Shown: piece by piece, positions 14,652 to 23,400 of the stretch
Position numbering within the stretch: the first letter of the stretch is position 1
How the letters are laid out: every line of letters starts with the position of its first letter
Source of the DNA: a virus
IMG/VR virus record: IMGVR_UViG_3300028025_003977
Coordinates: 1 to 23,550 of that record
Direction: 5' to 3' (one strand)
Length of the DNA: 23,550 nucleotides
Made by a program: the position numbers and the translations under genes
Notes under the pieces: model-generated
What the model saw: the letters and a program-made list of their open reading frames with translations, nothing else
What the model was told of the DNA's origin: nothing
Databases searched by the model: none

Positions 14652-15710
14652 ATGAGTGATAATATTTTAGAAAAGGCTGCTGCTAGCGGTACAGTTCTCT
14701 CCCCACTTGAATCTCCAGGTGCTATGACAGCACAGGGAAATACAGGTGACAATGGTGGTGTACTAAACCCAGCACAGTCAGCACAATTTATCGACTATAT
14801 CTTTGACGAGATGGTTCTCGCCAATGATGGTCGTAGAGTAGTTATGCGTGGTAATACAATGGAACTCGATAAGGTTCGTGTTGGTTCACGTCTTGTTGCT
14901 AAGGCAACACAAGCTGAGGATACAGGCTCAAACGCTGCCCCAGCATTCACAAAGATTGAATTAACAACAACCAAGTTCCGTCTAGACTACGAACTTTCAA
15001 CAGAATCCCTAGAGGACAACATTGAAGGTCAGCAGTTAGAAGATCACGTTGTACGTTTGATGGCAACTCAGTTCGGTAACGATCTTGAGGATATTGCAAT
15101 CAATGGTCGTCCAGGAACATCTGGCAATGGTACATACAATAATACCCTTGCAGGATTTATCCGTCAGACACTTGACACAAACTATGCAGGTGCCCACGAA
15201 GCTGCAGCAGCTGCTGCAACATTGACCAACATTTGGGAGACTTCTCCTGAATCTGGTGATGGTGCTTCAACAAAGCTAACACTAGAAGCATTGGAGACTA
15301 TCTACAATGCTTTGCCTCGTAAGTTCAAGGCTCGCCGTCAGGATCTGAAGTTCTACATGAACAGCAAGCATCTTCAGGAACTAATCGCTGAACTCCGTCA
15401 AATTGGACAGGGTGGCGTTCCAGAAGCAGTTGCACAGAGAGTGATCGATGGTGTTCTACCACAGATTGGTGGACCAGCAGGTGCTCAGTATCTAATCTTC
15501 GGACTCCCAGTACTAGAAGTTCCTTTGTACCCAGACAACTATGTTGATCTAACCGTACCAAGCAACCGTATTTGGGGCTTCCAGAGAGATGTTACTGTAC
15601 ATCGTGAGTTCAAGCCAAAGAAGGATACTATGGAATACACAGTATTCGTTCGTATGGGCGTTGCACTTGAAGAAAAATCAGCTATTGCAGTTGGTCAGCC
15701 TTCAGCTTAA
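14652..15710 (+). CDS. Major capsid protein (HK97 fold)
   Basis: Follows the protease; GGVLNP-x-Q...F, ELSTESLEDNIEG, FGNDLED-x-AING motifs; followed by a strong terminator. Confidence 0.92.
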   Translation: MSDNILEKAAASGTVLSPLESPGAMTAQGNTGDNGGVLNPAQSAQFIDYIFDEMVLANDGRRVVMRGNTMELDKVRVGSRLVAKATQAEDTGSNAAPAFTKIELTTTKFRLDYELSTESLEDNIEGQQLEDHVVRLMATQFGNDLEDIAINGRPGTSGNGTYNNTLAGFIRQTLDTNYAGAHEAAAAAATLTNIWETSPESGDGASTKLTLEALETIYNALPRKFKARRQDLKFYMNSKHLQELIAELRQIGQGGVPEAVAQRVIDGVLPQIGGPAGAQYLIFGLPVLEVPLYPDNYVDLTVPSNRIWGFQRDVTVHREFKPKKDTMEYTVFVRMGVALEEKSAIAVGQPSA

Positions 15711-15725
15711 TAAACTTAAGCACAA

Positions 15726-15767
15726 AGAAGAAGGGTTACAGAAATGTAGCCCTTCTTCTATTTTTTT
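15726..15767 (+). terminator. Rho-independent terminator after the major capsid gene
   Basis: AGAAGAAGGGTTACA-GAAA-TGTAGCCCTTCTTCT stem (one G-U pair) followed by a T7 tract. Confidence 0.9.
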
Positions 15768-15796
15768 GTAGTATAATTAGTATTGGAGGCAGACGC

Positions 15797-16219
15797 ATGT
15801 TCGAAAAGAAAACAGTTCTTGAGCTTAAGGCAATTTGTAAAGTACTAGATATTGATGTAAAAGATTTAAAGAAAAAGGTTGATTACCTTGGTGCCATTGA
15901 AGAATCTGGACATACTTGGGAATCATATCTAGAAAAGGTAGATAAAGACTTTACATATGTTGAAGCGGAAATTAAAGAAGAAGTAGAAGTTAAAGTAGAA
16001 ACAAAAGAAAAAGTAGAAACATCGTCTCAAAGCGATGTTGTTTTAAAGATGGTTCACCCAAGAAGTGCTCTAAATGTTTCAAATATTGTGACATTTACAT
16101 TTGAGCAGCCATTTCAGGTAATGTCAGCAAGCAGGGCAGAAGAGATATTAAATTTAGCAAGAGGAGAAGTTAGAAAGGCTACAACTGAAGAGATTAAGTC
16201 TTTTTATGGTATTGATTAA
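15797..16219 (+). CDS. Head-region protein with an N-terminal Rho-N/HeH-like helical domain
   Basis: KTVLELKAIC...IDV...KK-x-DYL-x-AI pattern; own TATAAT (15772-15777) and SD GGAGG. Confidence 0.6.
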   Translation: MFEKKTVLELKAICKVLDIDVKDLKKKVDYLGAIEESGHTWESYLEKVDKDFTYVEAEIKEEVEVKVETKEKVETSSQSDVVLKMVHPRSALNVSNIVTFTFEQPFQVMSASRAEEILNLARGEVRKATTEEIKSFYGID

Positions 16220-17136
16220 TGAAAGAATATTTAACTAGTGACGGAGACGCTTTAGTAATTGAATATAGAGCCCCTGCTGGAACAGATAGCCTAATCTATG
16301 ATGTTTATGATACATCTCTTGGAGTTTACTTAATTGCGGATGAAGCAGAAAAGAAAACTGCTGTAACCACCCCAGTTGCTTACCAGCCATTTCATATTAC
16401 ACTTCCGTATGATGTTGTAAAATATAATAGAAAAATTCAACTTAATCTTCAAGTAATTGATCAAGCTTCTTTTACAGAAGATACACTATATGCCTCTTTA
16501 GTGAGACCATACGCAACCGTAACAGACATTCAGGCTGCACTTGGTATAACTGGTCAAGAAACACAATTAGAAGCCTTAGAAAGAAGAGCTAGGTTTATCA
16601 TTGACTCTAAAGTTAGCGATCAATTTGGATTTACCTATGAATCAATTCAGGCATATGGTCAAGGAAGCGATGTTCTAGATTTAAGAAAAAGAACTGAGTC
16701 TTTTGATAGAGTAGTTAAAGACGACCAAGTTGTTTTTGATTCTACGGAAGATCCTGCAATTAACTTATTCTTTAGACCAGTTGCAATTGCAGAAAGCAAA
16801 ACAAGGCTAAAGGTTATTGAAGAGGGAGCCAACTTATTTGAGTGGGCAGAGCCAACAGTTCTTGCTAATGAGCGTGGATTTGAAAAAAACAGTCTTTACA
16901 CAGTTCGTGGAGAATACGGATGGAAATTTGTACCTCTTGCAATTAAAGAGGCAACCATCATGCTTGTAGAAGATATGCGTTGTGGGGACTGGAATTATAG
17001 AAATACGGGACTAAAGTCTGTAAAGAACGATGCATTTGATTTAGAGTACAATCCAAACATTTATTCTGGAACTGGAAACCTAGCAGTTGACTCATTAATT
17101 GCACCTTACAAGAACTTTAATATGCTGGTGATTTAA
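16219..17136 (+). CDS. Head-tail connector/adaptor protein
   Basis: Position after the capsid gene; PYATV, LERRARFIID, G-x-YGW-x-x-VP-x-x-IKEA, TGN-x-x-VD-x-L-x-x-PY motifs of gp15/gp6-like adaptors. Confidence 0.7.
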   Translation: MKEYLTSDGDALVIEYRAPAGTDSLIYDVYDTSLGVYLIADEAEKKTAVTTPVAYQPFHITLPYDVVKYNRKIQLNLQVIDQASFTEDTLYASLVRPYATVTDIQAALGITGQETQLEALERRARFIIDSKVSDQFGFTYESIQAYGQGSDVLDLRKRTESFDRVVKDDQVVFDSTEDPAINLFFRPVAIAESKTRLKVIEEGANLFEWAEPTVLANERGFEKNSLYTVRGEYGWKFVPLAIKEATIMLVEDMRCGDWNYRNTGLKSVKNDAFDLEYNPNIYSGTGNLAVDSLIAPYKNFNMLVI

Positions 17137-17571
17137 ATGACATGTGTCGCTAAATCAGCATATACAATGACTGCAGACATTTATGTAGCATCTATTTCAC
17201 AAAACTCAGTTACTGGATCTATTACAAGAACTTGGGTATTTAATCAAACAATACCATGCATGGCAAGAGGAATTGTTAGAGCAGGTCTTGGAGACAACTC
17301 AACCACAGTAAATATTGATGAGTTTTTAAAAGTAACAAATAGTTTAGTAAAAGTAAGGGCTGGAGTAACTTTAGACTCTACAGTAAAAGTAGCAAATATT
17401 AAAAACTCTGACGGTCTTGTTATTTGGAAAGAAAGTCCTTCAACTGGAGTTAATGGTTCAACCATATTTGAGCCTCGTGGAAGCACCCCAATAGCAGATC
17501 ATCGTGGACATATTGTTGAGTATGAAACAATTTTAATGAGACCAGAAGTTCAAAAGTTAAATGGAGTTTAA
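17137..17571 (+). CDS. Putative head closure (head-tail joining) protein
   Basis: Synteny and a small beta-rich sequence (G-x-I-x-RTW...C-x-ARG). Confidence 0.55.
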   Translation: MTCVAKSAYTMTADIYVASISQNSVTGSITRTWVFNQTIPCMARGIVRAGLGDNSTTVNIDEFLKVTNSLVKVRAGVTLDSTVKVANIKNSDGLVIWKESPSTGVNGSTIFEPRGSTPIADHRGHIVEYETILMRPEVQKLNGV

Positions 17572-18297
17572 ATGTCTAGAATTGATTCCACAAAAATTGC
17601 TTCATTAACAAAAAAAACAAAGTTTAAATCTATTAGAACTGGAGAGCTACCTCAAAAAATTGCAGCAACTGCACACTTTCAAGCAGAGTTAATAAATAGA
17701 CTTTCTAATGAAGAAAAGGTAAGAATACAAGAGTATGGGCTACGACACATATCTAAATATTTTGAGTCTTATATAGATCACTTAGCAAGAGTAAATCCAA
17801 CTAAATACCATCATATATATGAGCCTGGTCAATCTGGAGATCCAAGAGCAAGACTATTTAAGTCAAACGTAACCTCTGATAAAAATAAAGCAGTTTTACA
17901 ATATAGCTTTTTGTCATCAAAAGTTCCTGGTGAAAGTGGTCAGGTATTTAAGTCTAAAGCACTTATTATGGAGTCTGGAACCCCAGTAACAATTACTCCA
18001 AAAAGAGCAAAGTCTTTAGTTTTTGAGGTTGACGGAGAACTTGTGTTTTCAAAGCAAAGCTATGTTACAAATCCTGGAGGCGTAGCAGTACAAAATTCCT
18101 TTACTGAAACCTTTAATCAGTTTATGTCATCTAGGGCAAACGAAGTCCTAATTGACCTTGGATTTTATGAAAGAATAGAAAGAGCAATATTATCAGAAAC
18201 AAAACTAGTACTTCGTAAGATTTCTAGTGGTACAATTTCAGGTATGGCTATGCAAGCAGCAGCATCTGCAGGAAAAATTTCTAAGAGGTCAAGATAA
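17572..18297 (+). CDS. Putative neck/tail completion protein
   Basis: Basic protein in the neck position; A-x-IMESG-x-PV-x-I-x-PK...L-x-F motif. Confidence 0.5.
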   Translation: MSRIDSTKIASLTKKTKFKSIRTGELPQKIAATAHFQAELINRLSNEEKVRIQEYGLRHISKYFESYIDHLARVNPTKYHHIYEPGQSGDPRARLFKSNVTSDKNKAVLQYSFLSSKVPGESGQVFKSKALIMESGTPVTITPKRAKSLVFEVDGELVFSKQSYVTNPGGVAVQNSFTETFNQFMSSRANEVLIDLGFYERIERAILSETKLVLRKISSGTISGMAMQAAASAGKISKRSR

Positions 18298-18857
18298 TGG
18301 CACTAGAGCTTCCAATTCACATTATTAATAAGTATCTTTATAACAAGGCAATTGCTGGAACTCAAGAGATCCATGGTGTCTGGAACGTAAAATCATTTAA
18401 TACATCTCTTCCTAACGGAATTACCGATGGTTCAAGAATATTATTTTTAGAGGCTGGAAAAAGCATGGACCAAATGGTTGCTGACCTTAGGGTGGCAAAT
18501 CCAAACACCCTATATCCTTCTACCTACATTATTTACGATACTATCTATCCTCCAATAAAAGGCACAATGTGGGCACTTGAAAAAGCACAAACTATCTTCT
18601 ATTTTGTAACAAGCTCTGAACAACAACAAGATATTGCTAACATTCAGTATGTAAAAAACTACATTTTTGACTTAGTAAAGAAATTTGACGAATCTGCCCA
18701 AGCAATCAACAATTCATCACAGGCTAGCAATAACATTAGATTTAAGTATATTAGAGCAGATCAGGAAAGTCCAGATTTAGACTTCCTTGGAGATAGGGCA
18801 GAAGATGACAGAAAAATTTCCAGCCTTATCCTGACATATGAGTATACTAAATCATAA
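18297..18857 (+). CDS. Putative tail terminator protein
   Basis: Synteny (directly before the major tail protein); TAATG coupling to the previous gene. Confidence 0.45.
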   Translation: MALELPIHIINKYLYNKAIAGTQEIHGVWNVKSFNTSLPNGITDGSRILFLEAGKSMDQMVADLRVANPNTLYPSTYIIYDTIYPPIKGTMWALEKAQTIFYFVTSSEQQQDIANIQYVKNYIFDLVKKFDESAQAINNSSQASNNIRFKYIRADQESPDLDFLGDRAEDDRKISSLILTYEYTKS

Positions 18858-18866
18858 GTATGGTCA

Positions 18867-18875
18867 TGGTACTAT
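18867..18875 (+). promoter_or_regulatory. Extended -10 promoter for the major tail protein
   Basis: TGGTACTAT matches TGnTAnnnT. Confidence 0.55.
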
Positions 18876-18937
18876 TATCTTGAGGAAACGCTGAAAAGCT
18901 AAAAAAATTTATTTTGGCAGGAGGTGTAAATAAATAA

Positions 18938-19642
18938 ATGTCTTATAGTGCAAAAAATATTATCGTAGGTGCTGGTGTCCTTTACATTGGTAAAGATGCT
19001 GGCGTAATCTATGACGAAACAGATATCGCAAAGTCACCAAACACATTGGATTCTCAGGTAAATGGAAATACTTTCACAGATCCTTCCAAGGTTGATGATA
19101 CTAAGTGGAGACACGTTGGCTATACTTCAGAAGGTGCAGAAATGTCCTTTGAACCAGATTACGGTGAAGTACAGGTAGATCAGCTTCTTGACGTAGCAAA
19201 GATCTTCAAGCAAGGTCAGCGTGTTATGTTGAACACAACATTCACAGAAGCAACTCTAGAAAACTTTCTTGTTACCATTGGTGGCAAAGACGGTGATAAA
19301 ACAGGTGGATCTGCTAACATAAACGGTGCTCAAGAAACAGTCTTCCTAAATGGTGGTGCTCTTGGATACTCCCCAGTAGAAAGATCAGTTCTTGTAGTTG
19401 GTCCTGGACCAGATTCAAAGACCGCAGTAGGTGGTATTTCAGCTGGAAAGAAGGTAGAGCGTCTTTACGTTGGATACCGAGCCCTTTCCATGGAAACTGT
19501 TACAGTTGGTATTAGAAGAAATGAAGCTACAGTATTCCCTGTATCTTTCCGTCTTCTTCCTGCCTCTGAATCAGAGTACAATGCCCCTGATGGCAATCAG
19601 ACTTATGGCAAGGTAATTGACCGTGTATACGGTACAGCCTAA
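18938..19642 (+). CDS. Major tail (tube) protein
   Basis: NIIVGAG-x-LY, W-x-x-VGYT-x-x-G, VDQL-x-D, EATLEN, PVSFRLLP motifs; strong SD GGAGGTG; followed by a hairpin and the tail chaperone. Confidence 0.85.
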   Translation: MSYSAKNIIVGAGVLYIGKDAGVIYDETDIAKSPNTLDSQVNGNTFTDPSKVDDTKWRHVGYTSEGAEMSFEPDYGEVQVDQLLDVAKIFKQGQRVMLNTTFTEATLENFLVTIGGKDGDKTGGSANINGAQETVFLNGGALGYSPVERSVLVVGPGPDSKTAVGGISAGKKVERLYVGYRALSMETVTVGIRRNEATVFPVSFRLLPASESEYNAPDGNQTYGKVIDRVYGTA

Positions 19643-19660
19643 GTTATAATTTAATAGGTT

Positions 19661-19694
19661 TAAGGTGGGTCTTAGGACCCACCTTATTCCATTT
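19661..19694 (+). terminator. Terminator-like hairpin after the major tail gene
   Basis: Perfect 11-bp stem TAAGGTGGGTC-TTAG-GACCCACCTTA followed by TTCCATTT. Confidence 0.75.
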
Positions 19695-19741
19695 GTATTA
19701 GAAATGCTATATAATTAAGAGGAATCACACAGGAGGAAATT

Positions 19742-20077
19742 GTGGCAACAAAAATTTATGAAAGTATTGACCTAGAACTACTAGACGGTACTGAAGTAAC
19801 AATCAAACCATTAAATATTAAAAACTTAAGAGAAGTAATGAAGGTATGGGCAACTGCAACTTCAGCAGAAACAGAAGATGAATTTCTTAGTGTTTTGCTA
19901 GAATGCACAAAGATTGCATTTAAGCAGTACCATCCAGTATTAGCAGATGATCCAGAAAAACTAGAAGATGCTTTGGATCTTCAGACTATGTATAAAATTC
20001 TAGAGGTCGCAGCAGACATTAGGTTGAACGACCCAAACCTGCTAGCAGCAGCTCAGGAACTAGTTGGTCAGAACTAG
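19742..20077 (+). CDS. Tail assembly chaperone (gpG-like)
   Basis: Lies between the major tail and tape measure genes; SD AGGAGG, GTG start; promoter TGCTATATAAT at 19705-19715. Confidence 0.85.
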   Translation: MATKIYESIDLELLDGTEVTIKPLNIKNLREVMKVWATATSAETEDEFLSVLLECTKIAFKQYHPVLADDPEKLEDALDLQTMYKILEVAADIRLNDPNLLAAAQELVGQN

Positions 20078-20412
20078 ACCTAGCTGCTCTAGAATCAGAA
20101 GTTTTCCTTTTGGGTCACTGGAAGGATTATGAAGAACTAGAAAGTTCTCTTTCTATGCCTGAACTTGTGGCAACACTTGAGGCTATATATAAGAAAGACG
20201 AACGAAGTCAAAAGTTTTTTGCTGCATTGCAGGGAGTTAAACTTGACGAAAGTTCTTCTGGAAGTTCTGGAAGTGATGCTCCAGTATCTTACCAAGAAAT
20301 TCAAGCGAGGGCAATGAAGAAATTGACAGGCAGCGATGAGGCATCAAGAGCCATGGAATATGGTTTTACCTCAGACGTTGGAATGTCATACTCATTGATA
20401 GGTGAAAGTTAG
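19742..20412 (+). CDS. Tail assembly chaperone frameshift fusion (gpGT-like, about 223 aa) via -1 shift at C-CCA-AAC
   Basis: In-frame XXXYYYZ heptamer CCCAAAC at 20032-20038; the -1 frame is open from 20023 to TAG 20410-20412; downstream hairpin at 20047-20088. Confidence 0.8.
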
Positions 20413-23400
20413 TGTCAGACGTTAGGTCTCAATTTAGTTATGATGCAAACTTTGGTCCTGCCCAAACACAAATCAGATCTCTTGTAAAAGACATTACTGT
20501 ACTTAATGCTGCTTTCAAGTCGCTTGATAATGAAGCTAATAAGGTAAGAAATGCTCGTGCAGGTTCTTTCATGTCCAGCCTTGGAAATATTGGTGGATTT
20601 AATGCTCAAATTGTTGACCTTACAAGTGACGTAGAAAGATTTGGAAAAGCACTTCAAAAAAATCAACTAACTCTTCGTCAATATTACAAAGAAGCAGCAC
20701 AGGCTTACAAAAAGAATAGCATGGCTAGAAGGCTTGCTGAAGATGAAGTAAGAAGAGCACAGTCCCAACTTGTAGGAATGGGACAAAACCAAAAGGGTCG
20801 TCAGCAGGGAATGCTAATTACCCCTCTTACAATTGACACAAGTGACATTAATACAAAAATGGCTATTAGCCAAAAACAATTTTCTATCTTTAATAAACTT
20901 GTAAACGATGGTGCAACACAACTTATTAACTGGGGTAAAAATACTCAGTGGGCTGGTCGTCAGCTTACTGTCGGTCTTACAGTTCCATTAACAATTTTTG
21001 GTGCAGCAGTGTCTAAAACATTTAGAGAAGTAGACAAAGAGCTTACAAGATTTGCAAAGGTTTATGGATCAGACCTAGTTGGTGCAAATCAACAAGCAAC
21101 AAATACAATGAGATCCCAAGTTGAGCAATTATCAAAAGACTTTGCTGGTAAATATGGTATTGCAGCAAAAGAAACAGCAGGTCTGGCAGCAGACTTAGCA
21201 GCAACTGGACTAGAAGGACAAAAACTTTTAGACTCAGTTGCACAGACAACACGCCTAGCCGTACTTGGTGAGGTTGATAGACAAGAAGCAATGAAGGCAA
21301 CCCTCGCACTTCAAGGTGCTTTTAATATGAGTACAACTGAGTTAGCAGAATCAATTAACTTCCTTAACGCTGTTGAAAACCAAACATCCGCATCACTCCA
21401 AGACTTAACTGAAGCAATACCTCGTGTTGGTCCAGTTATTAATTCTCTTGGTGGAGACGTTAAAGACTTAGCGGTTCTACTCGTAGCAATGAAAGAGGGA
21501 GGCGTGAATGCAGCCGAAGGTGCAAATGCTATCAAGTCTGGTCTCGCCTCCCTTATCAACCCAACAAGACAGGCATCAGAAACAGCAAAGCAATACGGAA
21601 TTGATCTTGACGGAATTGTAAAAGCAAATAAGGGAAAGCTTATGCCAACAATTATGGCTTTTCAAGAAGCATTATCTGGACTAGATCAGTTTGCAAAAGC
21701 ACAAATTATTGAACAACTTTTTGGTAAGTATCAGTTTGCAAGAATTTCTGCACTGTTTGATAACTTAAATGCTTCAGGATCACAGACCGTAGAAGTGCTA
21801 AAACTTATGGGAGCCTCTTCACAAGATCTTGCAAAGATTGCAAATGGTGAAATTAGAACTCTTACAGAGTCTTCATCAATGCGTTTCCAAAGATCTATGG
21901 AAGCCATCAAAGCGTCTCTGATTCCAGTTGGTCAAGTTCTTACAGATGCTGTTATACCATTTCTTGAAAAAACAGCAAATCTTATTCAAATGCTTGTTGA
22001 ATATGCAAGTAATCTTCCAGGACCAGTTAAAAGCTTTTTAAAGGTTGCAACAGGATTTACATTAGTTGCAGGTCCTTTGATTATGCTCGCTGGTGTATTT
22101 GGAAACTTTCTTGGATATATAACTAAGTCTGCAATGTCTATTACTAAGCTTGGTGCTGCACTTGCAGGACTAAGAACAGAAAAATTTGAAATGTTAGACG
22201 ACACACAGCTTGCAGCATCTAAGGCTTCAGACATACTTACAAGTGGCTACAACAATCAAAGAGCATCTCTTGACAAATTAAATATAGCTATGGAAGCATA
22301 TCTTGCAAATTTAAGAGAAGAAGTTACATTAAGTAGTCAGGTATTTGTGCCTGGAACAAAAACTTCTGGAAGAGGACCAAAGGGTGGTAAGAAAGCAAAA
22401 CTTGCAGAGGGTGGTCAACCTTATGTTCCTGGAAGTGGAGATGGAGATAAGGTACCAGCACTTCTTGAGCCTGGAGAGTTTGTAGTAAATAAAAAAGCTG
22501 CAGCAAAATATGGTCCACTTCTAGAAGACATTAATTTTAATAGATCACCAAGATTCCAAAAGGGTGGTCATTCTGGACCAGGATCAAACCTTACTGATTT
22601 TATTAGACTTCAAGAAGGTGGAGATACACAAAAGCTTGCAAATAAAACTATTTTAAGAATTAGAAAAAAATCAGCTAGTGATCAAAAAGCACAAGCACTT
22701 GAATCATTTGTTTTAAGAGGAATGGATAAGTATAAAGATAGTCCTTCTGAATTTAAAAAATTTATTGCATCACTAACTGCAGAGTTAGAAGCTCTTGACA
22801 AGCAAGGTAAAAAATATAATTCAAAAGCTGTTTTAGGAGAGCCAGCTAAGCCATGGGTTCTTGAATCTGGTGTAAGTAGGTCGGCAAGCAGATCAGAAAC
22901 TGTTAGAGGTGGAAGTCCTTCAGAAATTAGAAGAATAAAAAGAGACCAAGCTGCATCACTTAATCCAATGGAAGATGCAATTGTTAAAAGATTAAGAGAA
23001 GCAAAATTTACTGAATCCGACATTAAAAAATTTGCTGGAGTAGAAGCTGCTCATTTATCAAAAGATAGAAAAACAATTGATGGCGTAGAGTACAAAATTT
23101 GGAGACCAAGCAATCTTTCATGGATACCAAGAGCAGAAAATAAAGCAATGGAGTATTTAACTAGAAAGGGTCCAACCCAAGGAGTATTTGAATCAGCACT
23201 AAAACAAGCTGGTGCTACTCCAAATCAGATTAAATCAATTCTTGCAGGAAACCATCCTGTGTCTGGAAGCTCCAGTAGAGATTCACTGCTAAAGGCATTT
23301 TCTATTTTAGAAGAACGTGGAATGCTTCCTGCTGGCAGTAGAGCTGAGTCTTGGGTAAGAGCAACTAATGCTTTAAATGGTAAAAGCCCTATCTATAGTC

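Noticed and set aside
20110-20412. Independent 100-aa gene with TTG start
   Set aside because: No SD; better explained as the -1 frameshift extension of the tail chaperone.
20415-23023. Six short minus-strand ORFs in the last 3 kb
   Set aside because: All lie antisense to the uninterrupted plus-strand tape measure frame.
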